Below are positions 42,027-52,073 of a DNA stretch of 64,000 nucleotides, piece by piece. The DNA lies in the NCBI GenBank assembly GCA_043814095.1, contig JBDRKI010000048.1, forward strand, positions 1-64,000, given 5' to 3'. A program made the position numbers and the translations under genes. The DNA comes from Armatimonadota bacterium (GTDB lineage Bacteria > Vulcanimicrobiota > JACPDS01 > JBDRKI01). Below the pieces are notes generated by a model, which saw only the letters and a list, made by a program, of their open reading frames with translations, ran no database searches and was not told the origin of the DNA. How positions within the stretch are numbered: position 1 is the first letter of the stretch; each line of letters begins with the position of its first letter.

Positions 42027-42922
42027 TTAGATGAAAGAACCTCCTGCAGGCTGCCGTTATTCTTATCTAAAAGTTTTTTTGCCCCGGAATAATCCAATTT
42101 TTTTAATTCCATAACAACGGCTGTCTTCAGTTCCCCTTTTGCTTCTTTAAATTTCTTTTCCGCTTTATCTTTACCTAAGCCCGTAAGCTCCATAAGTATC
42201 CCCACAGACCGCATCTTAAGCTTGGTATTAACGGGCATAAGGTCAACCATTAAATTATTAAATGTCCTGCCCAGTTTAATCATGGAAACGGTTGTAAGCA
42301 TATTAAGAACAAGCTTCTGGGCGGTTCCCGCTTTAAGACGCGTAGAACCCGTTATAAATTCGGGGCCCACCTCAGGCACAATTGAAACCTTGGCGTGCTT
42401 TGACATCTTAGAGTCCTTATTTACCGTTACGGCAACCGTAAAGCATCCCAGCTTTCCCGCATATTTAAGCGCTCCTATGACAAAAGGAGTTCTGCCTGAA
42501 GCGGAGATGCCTACAACTATATCTTTTTTTGCAAGTTTTTTATTCTTTAATTCCTTCTCCCCGTTTTTCTCTATATCTTCTGCGCCTTCTTTTGATTTAA
42601 ATACGGCTGGAGCCCCCCCTGCGATAATCGCCTGGACCATAGAGCTTTCAACGCCGAATGTAGGAGGGCATTCACTCGCGTCAACAACCGCTAACCTGCC
42701 GCTTGTCCCGGCGCCTACATAAAAAAGACGCCCTCCTTTGGAAAAACTCTCTATAATCTTATCAACTGCCTTACCTATCTTGGGAATTTCTTTAAAAACC
42801 GCTTTTGCTACTTTCTGATCTTCTTTATTCATTAACTTTAAAATCTGCAAAACCGGCAGCATGCTTATATTCCTGCTTTTTGAAAGCTTTGATTCCGAAA
42901 CAAGGTTCAATTTCTCCTGCAT
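42023..42922 (-). CDS. murQ: N-acetylmuramic acid 6-phosphate etherase
   Basis: GAGTSGRL, DASECPPTFG and GSTRLKAGTAQK motifs. Confidence 0.96.
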   Translation of the reverse strand: MQEKLNLVSESKLSKSRNISMLPVLQILKLMNKEDQKVAKAVFKEIPKIGKAVDKIIESFSKGGRLFYVGAGTSGRLAVVDASECPPTFGVESSMVQAIIAGGAPAVFKSKEGAEDIEKNGEKELKNKKLAKKDIVVGISASGRTPFVIGALKYAGKLGCFTVAVTVNKDSKMSKHAKVSIVPEVGPEFITGSTRLKAGTAQKLVLNMLTTVSMIKLGRTFNNLMVDLMPVNTKLKMRSVGILMELTGLGKDKAEKKFKEAKGELKTAVVMELKKLDYSGAKKLLDKNNGSLQEVLSSK

Positions 42923-42937
42923 ATACCCTCCGTGCTT

Positions 42938-43249
42938 CTACTTGCCCGCTCCCAGCATATCTTCCGCCTGCTTTAATATGCCCTCCCCGTTCATTGTGCC
43001 GTAAAGCTTCCCGTCAATGAGCGCTATGGGTTTTGAGTGATTGTTTGCAACCTCTTTAAGGCGGTCATAACGGTATTTCACCTGAGGAGCCACAAGAACT
43101 ATATCATAGTTATTTATAACATCCTCCAGATTCTCAGCGGAAGCAGAATCAATCTTTAATTCAAGATTCTTCTCCTGCGCGGCCTTAACCATCTTCTGCG
43201 TGATAAAACTTGTGCTCATCCCGCCCGAACAGATTAATAAAATATTCAT
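42938..43249 (-). CDS. PTS sugar transporter IIB component (lactose/cellobiose family)
   Basis: LLICSGGMSTS phosphorylation loop; APQV and YG.MNG motifs. Confidence 0.9.
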   Translation of the reverse strand: MNILLICSGGMSTSFITQKMVKAAQEKNLELKIDSASAENLEDVINNYDIVLVAPQVKYRYDRLKEVANNHSKPIALIDGKLYGTMNGEGILKQAEDMLGAGK

Positions 43250-43269
43250 ATATGCCTCCCGGTTATTTA

Positions 43270-46002
43270 TTATTTCCTATACTGTTTTAGTTTTTCCAAA
43301 AATTCGGGCTTAGCTTCATAACCCTTTTTGACCGCCTCATCGCAGTACTTTACTGCCGATTGATAATCTCCCTTATCATAATAAACTTCAGCCATGAGGT
43401 AATGCAGGTATGCCCAATCTACAGTCTTTAAAGCTTTTTGAAGCGCGGAAATTGCTTCGTCAAAACTGCCTTTATCGCGGTAAACCATGGCAAGGTCATA
43501 ATAATAATTCTCACTATATGGGCTTATACTTATACATTGTTTATACTCGGCGGCGGCTTCGTCAAGCATCCCTTTTTTATGATAAAGCTTAGCCAAATTC
43601 CCGTGAAAATTTGAATCCCCCGGGTCAATCTCCAACGCTTTTTTATACTCAATAATAGCCTCATCCGGCATATCTTTGCCCGCGTATGCTCTTGCTAAAG
43701 ACGAATGATAATATTTATCCTTGGGGTTAATTGCTACCGCTTTTTTATATTCCGGAATGGCTTCATCAATTAATCCTTTCATATCATAAGCGCTCGCAAG
43801 TTCATAATGCGCTTTATCATCATCCGGATTTCTCAGAACCGCTTCGTTAAGATTAACAATGCCTTCGTCATTATAAAACTTTCCAAAATAAGCCCTTAAC
43901 ATTAAACTATAAGCCTCTGCGGCATCGCCGGCAAATTCGGTGCCTTTTGCCGCTTCAGCCGCTTTTATCATCTCAAAATATACATCTTCTCTCATGCCTT
44001 TTAAGTTATATAAAATTCCGCGGAATAAATGAGTTATAAACTCTCCGTAATTTTTATCATTTAATGCCTCATCGGTTATTCTAAAATAAGAATCCGACAT
44101 TTTGTCATTTTTCTCCATTTTTAACGCTTTTAAAAAATTTTCCCTGCAGGCTTTAAAATCCGAGTTTGCCCCGCAGTCCACGGCTTTATTATAATAATAA
44201 CAAGCTTCGCCCAATTTTCTTAAGTATTTCTTTATTGAAGCGTTTTCAATATCTCCTCCCACGGCTTGTTCAAATAAAATACCGGCATCTTCAGGTGTTT
44301 TACTTTGAGCAAAACTTATTCTGCCCATAATTGAATATGTTCCTAAACTTAAATATTCCCTTGTTACCCTTAAATAAGAATCCGCATAAGATTCTCCGCC
44401 TGGCTTGGGACGGTTAAAAATATCCTGCGCCATAGCCTTAGCTTCATTATACAAACCTTTATCGGTGTAAACGGCTATCAAATTGAACTTTGCAATAAGA
44501 AAACCCGGATCTATCTCCAGGCATTTTTTAAATTCGGCTATAGCCTCATCTGGCATATTTTTTTTATAATAAATCAGTCCCAAAAAACGGCGGGCGTTAA
44601 TATCATCGGGTTTAAGAGAAACAAATTTTTTAAATTCTTTCAGCGATTTATCCAATTCATCCTTATCATAATAAATATTGCCCAAATAATAATACGGCAG
44701 GGCAAAATCAGGCTCTGTATCTGCGGCTTTTTGAAATTCCTCTATAGCTTTGTCACCTTTATTATAAAACATTCCTTTAAAGAAACATACTGCCGCTTCT
44801 TTTTTAACCTTGTTGTTTTTTAATTCTTCTATAACTTCCAGGCAATCGTTAAGTTTTTTCACATCTTTCCAGTATTTATAAGATTCCTTGAAATTTTCCT
44901 CGGCTTTCTCAAAATCTCCGGCTACCGCGCACCTTAACCCTTCCCTGAAAAAATCATAAGCCGTATGGGGCGTAACGGAAACACCCGACTCTTTAATCTT
45001 ATTTTCAATGTTAGTATATATTAAAATATCATTTTTAACGGCTTTATTATAATACTCCGCTGCCAATTTATAATCGTTTTTTTCTATGTAAAGTTCCAAT
45101 AATGAATTATAATATGTGCCTAAATGCCCCCCGCTCGAATCCAGTTCAATCGCTTTTTTATATTCCGCAACGGCTTCATCCTTCATCCCCTTTATTTCAT
45201 ATGCCTGCGCCAGACATCCGTGTGCGACTTCATTATTGCCGTCAAGGGATATAACCTTTTTACACTGCGCAATAAATTCGTCGGTCATGTTATTATCTTT
45301 GCAAATACTGCCCAGCGCGTAATAATATATGCTTTCGCAGGGATCCAGTTCAATCGCTTTTTTATACTCAGCAACGGCTTCGGGGATCATGCCTTTTTCT
45401 TCATAGACTTTTCCCAAACTCCAATGAGGCGTGTCAAATTTTTCATCAATTTCTATCGCTTTTTTAAATTCTAAAACAGCTTCATCCTGCAAATCTTTCC
45501 TCAGATAAACAGTGCCCAAGTTATCGTGAAAAAAACAATTTTGAGAATCTAAAGAAATGGCTTTCTTAAGCTCTTCTTCGGCTTTATCAAGCATATTTTT
45601 ACCTATATATACAAAACCCAGAAGAAAATGCGCCATCGCATATCCATCTTCAAAGGCTACCGCCCTTTGAAACTCGGCTTCGGCTTCATCAAAATTTCCT
45701 CCGTCAATATGCGCCATCCCGTTAAACAGCAAAGCCGCTGTTTCCTTTTTCACCTTGTTGTTTTTTACATCTTCAATGATTTTAAGCACCATTATCGCGC
45801 GATTGTAGCGGTTATAATATTCCAACGTTTTTTGAAAATTCAGTTCGGCTTCCTCAAAATTGCCGACCGTTCCGCAATTTAACCCTTTTTTATAATATTC
45901 ATCCGCTGTTTCTCCATTGGTTTTTGCATAAACAAATTTAACTAAACATAAAATAATGCTAAATATAAAAATGCTTATTATTAATAATTTACTTGGTTTC
46001 AT
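43270..46002 (-). CDS. Exported tetratricopeptide-repeat protein
   Basis: Signal peptide; many EA..EYKKAI.LDP repeats. Confidence 0.9.
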   Translation of the reverse strand: MKPSKLLIISIFIFSIILCLVKFVYAKTNGETADEYYKKGLNCGTVGNFEEAELNFQKTLEYYNRYNRAIMVLKIIEDVKNNKVKKETAALLFNGMAHIDGGNFDEAEAEFQRAVAFEDGYAMAHFLLGFVYIGKNMLDKAEEELKKAISLDSQNCFFHDNLGTVYLRKDLQDEAVLEFKKAIEIDEKFDTPHWSLGKVYEEKGMIPEAVAEYKKAIELDPCESIYYYALGSICKDNNMTDEFIAQCKKVISLDGNNEVAHGCLAQAYEIKGMKDEAVAEYKKAIELDSSGGHLGTYYNSLLELYIEKNDYKLAAEYYNKAVKNDILIYTNIENKIKESGVSVTPHTAYDFFREGLRCAVAGDFEKAEENFKESYKYWKDVKKLNDCLEVIEELKNNKVKKEAAVCFFKGMFYNKGDKAIEEFQKAADTEPDFALPYYYLGNIYYDKDELDKSLKEFKKFVSLKPDDINARRFLGLIYYKKNMPDEAIAEFKKCLEIDPGFLIAKFNLIAVYTDKGLYNEAKAMAQDIFNRPKPGGESYADSYLRVTREYLSLGTYSIMGRISFAQSKTPEDAGILFEQAVGGDIENASIKKYLRKLGEACYYYNKAVDCGANSDFKACRENFLKALKMEKNDKMSDSYFRITDEALNDKNYGEFITHLFRGILYNLKGMREDVYFEMIKAAEAAKGTEFAGDAAEAYSLMLRAYFGKFYNDEGIVNLNEAVLRNPDDDKAHYELASAYDMKGLIDEAIPEYKKAVAINPKDKYYHSSLARAYAGKDMPDEAIIEYKKALEIDPGDSNFHGNLAKLYHKKGMLDEAAAEYKQCISISPYSENYYYDLAMVYRDKGSFDEAISALQKALKTVDWAYLHYLMAEVYYDKGDYQSAVKYCDEAVKKGYEAKPEFLEKLKQYRK

Positions 46003-46012
46003 TTTTTTACCC

Positions 46013-46723
46013 CTACTCCGCCGTCTTCGGCTCCGGCTTTATCTCTATCTCTTTTATCTGCGGGGTTTCTTCGGCCGGCTTTTTCTCTTTTTTCTTCCCG
46101 GGTATAAAGAACCTGCCTTCCACATCGCGCTGGGCAAGGAAGGTTTCATTGTTCAGGTCTACCCATGCCTCATCGGCTTTTATATAATCCCCGCTTTTTT
46201 TCATAAACCTTACATTTCCTATTAAGTGGGCGGCGTTTTTGCCTCTTGAGTAATTAACCTTGTCGCAGAAAGCTTCGGCCATTTTCTGTATTATATGCAC
46301 ATTACCTGTGGCTATGCCTTCTTCTTTTTCCCAGAAATAATCAAGCTGGGCGCATTTTAAGGTATATTTTTCCTTAATCTTTTTCTCGTTAACTTTTGTG
46401 GTAACAAGCTTTACCCCGCCTTCCAGTATTATCTCTTTTTTAAGGTAAAAAAGCTGCATCCTGTCGGCGTCAATAACGGTATCTTTGTTTATTACATGCA
46501 CCCCGCCCGTAAAATTACCGGTCTGGGTTTTTGTATTATACCTTGCAAAAGGAGCCGTTATTATTATGCCGTTGCCTTCTATGCGGCAGTTTTTAAGAAC
46601 AAGCTCCTTTTTTATATCATCTACCTGGAAACTGTCGCAGTTTAATTTTATCTCGTCGGGAGCCGCTAATACCGCTGAACATATCATTGTTATAATAAAT
46701 AAGGTGAGTAATATTTTTTTCAT
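46013..46723 (-). CDS. LptA/OstA-family periplasmic protein
   Basis: Signal peptide; repeated F.GGV, A.GNV.I.Q and L.GNV beta-jellyroll motifs. Confidence 0.75.
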   Translation of the reverse strand: MKKILLTLFIITMICSAVLAAPDEIKLNCDSFQVDDIKKELVLKNCRIEGNGIIITAPFARYNTKTQTGNFTGGVHVINKDTVIDADRMQLFYLKKEIILEGGVKLVTTKVNEKKIKEKYTLKCAQLDYFWEKEEGIATGNVHIIQKMAEAFCDKVNYSRGKNAAHLIGNVRFMKKSGDYIKADEAWVDLNNETFLAQRDVEGRFFIPGKKKEKKPAEETPQIKEIEIKPEPKTAE

Positions 46724-46724
46724 T

Positions 46725-48224
46725 CTAACACCGCCTTGATTTTCTAATAACTATAATAATCAATACCATAGCTACAATCAAACTTAATAACAGGAACCAT
46801 TCTCCGAATCTTGTAAATATACTTTCTTTATTCGGTAAATATATGTTATTGGTTAACGCAGCTTCTTCAAAAAGCCCGCTTATTTCATACACTCTGCCAG
46901 CAGGATCTATAAACGCGGAATAACCCGTATTTGCCGCAAAAACCATATATACCCTGTTCTCTATACAGCGCGGAAGAGATAACGCAATATGCTGTTCCGC
47001 AGCGCCGGTGCGCCTGAAAAGCTCGTCATTTGTTATCACCGTAAGGGCATTCGCCCCTTTTAAAACCGCATCCCGGGAGATATACGAAAATACCGATTCA
47101 AAACATATAAGGACGGGAAATTTAGCTTCTCCCGCTTTAAAAATAGTCTGGTCTTTGCCCTCTTTATACCTGCCTATTTTCTCAAGTATCTTCATTTTGG
47201 GGAGAAGCCCTTCAAGCGGGTTATACTCACCCATGGGAAAAAGACGCATCTTTGCGTATTTCTGGATATCTTCTTTCCCGGGCTCTATTAAAAATGCCGC
47301 GTTGTATAATCCCTTATTCTCATAATAAAGGCCGCCCGTAAGAAGATTTATATTCTCAAGCTGAGCAAACCTTATAACAGGGATAAATAAACCGCTTTTG
47401 GGGGCGTAAATATCGGGAACCGCGGTCTCCGGCCAGATTATCAGGTCGGGCTTCTCAAAAGAAGCCCTTGTGGTCATTCCGAAAAGTTTTATCAATGTAG
47501 TGTCCGCGTATCTTTTATCCCATTTTATGTTCTGGCTTATATTGGGCTGGATTATGCTGACTTTAAAAGGATCTCCCTGCCTGTAATCAACATTCATTTT
47601 AAAGAAGCCGTATATGATACATAAAATAATAATAACAGGCGGTATGATTAAATGTGCCGGCTTTATTTTCTTTTTTAAATAAATAAGGAGTATTATCTCC
47701 GCTAAAAATGTATTAAAAAATACTATGAGCCATGATACCGCGAAAGAACCCGCTATATCGGCTATCTGAAGGACCGGCAGAAATTTATACTGGGAGGAAT
47801 ATAACAATCCGCAGGCGATACCCAGCGGTTTTAATGTTTTCAAGTATTCGGCTGTTAAAATATAAGCGCACGGGGTAAAGATAAGTCTTATCCAGTAATC
47901 CCCGGGGTTTGTCTTTTGATAAAAATAAGCGGTTATAAAAGAGAACAGAGCAAAGCTGAAGCTGAAAATAATGAGTCCCGCAAGGTATCCTTCGGCCGCC
48001 ACTGGATAAAGCCACCGGAATATAACCCCTGTAAACAATACCCCCGCAAGCCATCCGTACCAGAATGCTTTCCATTTATCTATATTATGCAGGACCAGTA
48101 TAAAAGGGATAAGGGCAAACCACGCAAATAGAAACCAGTTAAGTTTGGGGAACGCGGGTATTAACAGGATTATGCTTAGAAGCATCCATAAAATACTTAA
48201 CTTTTTATTCCTTATTATATTCAT
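46725..48224 (-). CDS. lnt: Apolipoprotein N-acyltransferase, paralogue 3 in transcription order
   Basis: TM domain; QPNI, WPETA, K..L.P.GEY, ICFES, TND and NTGYS motifs. Confidence 0.92.
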   Translation of the reverse strand: MNIIRNKKLSILWMLLSIILLIPAFPKLNWFLFAWFALIPFILVLHNIDKWKAFWYGWLAGVLFTGVIFRWLYPVAAEGYLAGLIIFSFSFALFSFITAYFYQKTNPGDYWIRLIFTPCAYILTAEYLKTLKPLGIACGLLYSSQYKFLPVLQIADIAGSFAVSWLIVFFNTFLAEIILLIYLKKKIKPAHLIIPPVIIILCIIYGFFKMNVDYRQGDPFKVSIIQPNISQNIKWDKRYADTTLIKLFGMTTRASFEKPDLIIWPETAVPDIYAPKSGLFIPVIRFAQLENINLLTGGLYYENKGLYNAAFLIEPGKEDIQKYAKMRLFPMGEYNPLEGLLPKMKILEKIGRYKEGKDQTIFKAGEAKFPVLICFESVFSYISRDAVLKGANALTVITNDELFRRTGAAEQHIALSLPRCIENRVYMVFAANTGYSAFIDPAGRVYEISGLFEEAALTNNIYLPNKESIFTRFGEWFLLLSLIVAMVLIIIVIRKSRRC

Positions 48225-48231
48225 AGGGATA

Positions 48232-49767
48232 TTATTCTTTATTTAATATATTTCTACCTTTGTTTACCTTTTTTTTATTTGTTTTAATAATTATACCTGA
48301 TAACAGAAATATAATAATTCCAAGATTGATTAATATAAACATATTGCCGGTATATGTAAAAACAGATCTTTCTTCTGTAATATAGACATTATCTGTCAGG
48401 ACTTCTTCTTTGGAAATCCTGCTTTTATTATAAACATAACCGCACGGATCTATAAAAGCGGAATAACCCGTATTAGCGGCCTGTATCAAATATACTCTGT
48501 TCTCCACAGCCCTTAATACCGAAGCCGCGAGATGCTCCTCCACAAAAGAAGAGCCTGTGAACCATTCATCATTTGTTATCACAACAAGAAACTGAGCCCC
48601 GCCTAAAACCGCGTTCCTGCAAAAATCAGGAAGAAGGGATTCCATGCAGATAAGAACCGAAAAACGCTTATTCTTGATATCAAATACAGTCTGGGCGCTT
48701 CCCGGAGTGTAAAACCTCTGATCCTTCATAACTTTAAGTCCGGGCATAAATTTTCTAAACGGATTATATTCCCCGAACGGGAAAAGCTTGTTTTTTGAAT
48801 AGGTATCAATAATGCCTTTGCCGGGAGATATTGAAAACGCGGAATTAAAATATTTACCGGAGAAAGTCCGGTATGAACCGGCAAGAATATTTACATTATA
48901 TTTATCAACAAAATCATATAAGGGGATCAATATATCTTTCCTGTGCTCTATATAATCGGGCAGGGACCCTTCTGCCCATATAATCATATCGGAATTCTTC
49001 TCAACCGCCTCATACGAAAGCCTTATATTCTCCCATAATGAACGGTAAAGGTGGGGAGTATTCCACTCTATATTCTGTATAAGATTGGTCTGTATGACAC
49101 TTGCTTTAAGGTAATCCTTCTTAAGATAATCTGTGTTAAGTTTTAACACCCCGTAAAGAAAACATAAGAGGATTATAAGCAGGGGGATCATCCAATGATA
49201 AGGCTTTATCCTTCTCTTATGCATAGACATATAAATCATTTCGGCGAAAAACACATTTACGAAAACAACAAGCCAGCTCACTCCGAAACATCCTGTTATG
49301 CCGGCAATCTGGATAAGGGGCAAGAACTTGTACTGCGAATAAGCAAGTATATGGGAACCGGCACCGAGAGCGCCTAAAAGTCTTAAATATTCAAAAATAA
49401 AAACATACACGCATGCTGTAAATAAGATGCGCTTAAAAACCTCCCCGGGTTCCGTATGCTTATAAAAATATACTGTTAAAACCGTAAACAGCGCTAAACT
49501 TATGCAGTAAACCACCGTTATAAATACAAAAATTATGTGAACGTTAAAAATTACATCTTTTGATATAATTAATGAGAACAGCGCGCCCGCAATCAAGGAA
49601 TATACAAACGATTTCTTAATGCTTATATCCCGCAGAGCTATAATAAACGGTATAAGAGCAAAAAAGGCAACCGGGAAACAATTAAAATTAATAAAAGGCA
49701 CGGATAAAAGCACCATGCTTAGAATCATATAAAAGAAAGATAAATCTATTTTTTTAAATACATTCAT
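48232..49767 (-). CDS. lnt: Apolipoprotein N-acyltransferase, paralogue 2
   Basis: WAEGS, K.KL.PFGEY, ICMES, TNDEWF and NTGYS motifs. Confidence 0.9.
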   Translation of the reverse strand: MNVFKKIDLSFFYMILSMVLLSVPFINFNCFPVAFFALIPFIIALRDISIKKSFVYSLIAGALFSLIISKDVIFNVHIIFVFITVVYCISLALFTVLTVYFYKHTEPGEVFKRILFTACVYVFIFEYLRLLGALGAGSHILAYSQYKFLPLIQIAGITGCFGVSWLVVFVNVFFAEMIYMSMHKRRIKPYHWMIPLLIILLCFLYGVLKLNTDYLKKDYLKASVIQTNLIQNIEWNTPHLYRSLWENIRLSYEAVEKNSDMIIWAEGSLPDYIEHRKDILIPLYDFVDKYNVNILAGSYRTFSGKYFNSAFSISPGKGIIDTYSKNKLFPFGEYNPFRKFMPGLKVMKDQRFYTPGSAQTVFDIKNKRFSVLICMESLLPDFCRNAVLGGAQFLVVITNDEWFTGSSFVEEHLAASVLRAVENRVYLIQAANTGYSAFIDPCGYVYNKSRISKEEVLTDNVYITEERSVFTYTGNMFILINLGIIIFLLSGIIIKTNKKKVNKGRNILNKE

Positions 49768-49768
49768 A

Positions 49769-51292
49769 CTACTTCTTTACTTTCTTTAAAATAAATATAC
49801 CCAGGGCAATTACCATGCAGATTAAAACAAAAATATCTCCCGTATTTGTAAAAATGGTGAAACTTTCTTTTTCATCAGCATAAACATAATCAGTTAATAT
49901 ATCTTCGGTAAAAACAGAGCTCAACCTGTATATCTTCCCCGAAGGAGCTATAAACGCGGAATAACCCGTGTTTGCCGCCTGAACAGAATACACCCTGTTT
50001 TCTATAGAGCGGAAGACCGCTTCAACTATGTGCTGTTTTAAAATATTTTCTTTCTCAAACCACCCGTCATCGGCGGGAATTATAAAATATTGAGCGCCTG
50101 ATAATACCAGCTTTCTTGCAACATTTGAATTTACCGATTCAAAACAGATAAGAACTCCGAATTTAATGCCGTTAAGATCAAAAATTGTCCTGTCATTTCC
50201 GGGTGTAAAACTGCTTAAGTTGTTTTCACATCGGGCTAATAAGCAATTTAAGGGATTATATTCCATTAAAGGGAAAAGCGTGTTTTTAGAATGCACGCCG
50301 GTAATGCCTTTGCCGGGCTCTAAAAGAAATACCGAATTATATATTACTCCGCTTCCCAGCTCCACAGCTCCGGTAAGAAGATTTAATCCATTCTCATTTA
50401 CAAAATCATTAAGAGGTTCGGATATGGATTTGTTTAACTTTAACCTCGCAGGAACTGCAACCTCAGGCCATACGGTAAGATCAGGCTCCTCTTTAAATGT
50501 TTTTCCGGTAAGATACAAAAGCTTTTTAATCCTGTTATTTAAAAATTCTGTGTAAAATTTTACCCTGTACTTTTTACATACCGCGGGCTTCTGCGTAAGG
50601 TCCGGCTGTATTGCGCTTATCTTAACTTTATCCCCTTTTGTATAATCCTTGCCTGTTTTATAAAAACCGTATGATAAACATAAAATAATAAGCAGAACAG
50701 GGATTATAAAATATGATAGTTTTATCTTTTCTTTATCTGATTCTTTGTTTAAGTATAGATTAATTATTTCCGCCAGAAATATGCTTATAAAAGCTATTAG
50801 AAAGCTTATCCCGAAAGAACCAAATATATCGGCAATCTGGATAACCGGAAGAATTTTATACTGCGAATATGCCAGCATGTGCAGTTTTATCCCGAACAGC
50901 TCTGCTGTTGTAAGGTATTCAACCATAAACACATATAAAGAAGCATTAAATAAGATACGCTTGAAAATTTCTTCCGGTTTTGTTATTTTATAGAAATAAT
51001 GCGCTACAACGGCAAAAAGGGTAAGGTTAACGCTGAAAACCAAGGTTAATATTACCCAGCCCGTCATGTGTTTAAAATACGCCGAAAGCGCGAACACGCA
51101 GAACCATATCCCGCCGAGGATGGTATATAATATAATCTTACGGACATTTAAGTTATATATAACAAGGATAAAAGGGATAAGAGCTATCCATGCAAAAGGA
51201 GAATAACCTAATATGGGGAATGCTAAAAGCATCATGGATAAGCTTAATATTATCCAGAAAAGACCGAATTCTGTTTTTTTAAATATATTCAT
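49769..51292 (-). CDS. lnt: Apolipoprotein N-acyltransferase, paralogue 1
   Basis: WPEVA, K.TL.PLMEY, ICFES, ADDGWF and NTGYS motifs. Confidence 0.9.
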   Translation of the reverse strand: MNIFKKTEFGLFWIILSLSMMLLAFPILGYSPFAWIALIPFILVIYNLNVRKIILYTILGGIWFCVFALSAYFKHMTGWVILTLVFSVNLTLFAVVAHYFYKITKPEEIFKRILFNASLYVFMVEYLTTAELFGIKLHMLAYSQYKILPVIQIADIFGSFGISFLIAFISIFLAEIINLYLNKESDKEKIKLSYFIIPVLLIILCLSYGFYKTGKDYTKGDKVKISAIQPDLTQKPAVCKKYRVKFYTEFLNNRIKKLLYLTGKTFKEEPDLTVWPEVAVPARLKLNKSISEPLNDFVNENGLNLLTGAVELGSGVIYNSVFLLEPGKGITGVHSKNTLFPLMEYNPLNCLLARCENNLSSFTPGNDRTIFDLNGIKFGVLICFESVNSNVARKLVLSGAQYFIIPADDGWFEKENILKQHIVEAVFRSIENRVYSVQAANTGYSAFIAPSGKIYRLSSVFTEDILTDYVYADEKESFTIFTNTGDIFVLICMVIALGIFILKKVKK

Positions 51293-51320
51293 AAAATTCC
51301 GTAAAAAGGAGATTTAAAAA

Positions 51321-51986
51321 TTGCAAAAATATAATAAATATTTACTTATTTTAATTTTACTTTTAGCCGTCTTTTCCCTTTTAAACACTTCCGCTTCCGC
51401 TACTCAGTACATAAAATTTATAATAACGGTAAATCCCAACGGGGAGATAGACAGATCGGGAAACGGGCTTTATTTCATACTTTTCAACAATAACGAGAGA
51501 GAACTTATAAACGCAACGGATAACAGGACATTCACCGATTTTATATGCTATAACGGCGTAAACGCGACTTGGTACCACAGAAGAACAGATCCGGTTAACC
51601 CCACATTCTTTATATGGGAGCAGGCGGGAATCATAAACACAAACATTTATATAAGCCCCGATAATAAGGAGCTTATGGTAACATTCAATGTTGACGATAA
51701 AAGCGTATTCTTAAATCAGTATATTACTCAGGATAATTTTAACGCGCATATCGTGACAACGGATAATACAAGCAGGTATAAGTTTGATACTCTGGGACAG
51801 GGACCTGATATGATGAATAACTCAATAAACACGATCCATGTTAATAAAAGATCCGGCGTCATACCCCCTACCGGGCCTTTTTATCCGTCTGACCCCATAG
51901 ATGATATAGTAAAATTTGACAATCTTAATAAAGATTTCCCCTACCCTAATTTTGACATAATAACTTTTGAAGTAAGGATTAATTAA
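51321..51986 (+). CDS. Hypothetical exported protein
   Basis: AAGGAG RBS, TTG start, signal peptide (ASA|T). Confidence 0.7.
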   Translation: MQKYNKYLLILILLLAVFSLLNTSASATQYIKFIITVNPNGEIDRSGNGLYFILFNNNERELINATDNRTFTDFICYNGVNATWYHRRTDPVNPTFFIWEQAGIINTNIYISPDNKELMVTFNVDDKSVFLNQYITQDNFNAHIVTTDNTSRYKFDTLGQGPDMMNNSINTIHVNKRSGVIPPTGPFYPSDPIDDIVKFDNLNKDFPYPNFDIITFEVRIN

Positions 51987-52040
51987 AGCCCGGTATCTTG
52001 ATTTCAAATAATAAGAAAAAATTACTTCGGTAGAAATATT

Positions 52041-52073
52041 AAAAAAACAGCCCCGAAAGAAGCTGTTTTTTTT
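52041..52073. terminator. Bidirectional terminator between convergent genes
   Basis: A7-CAGC…GCTG-T9. Confidence 0.65.
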
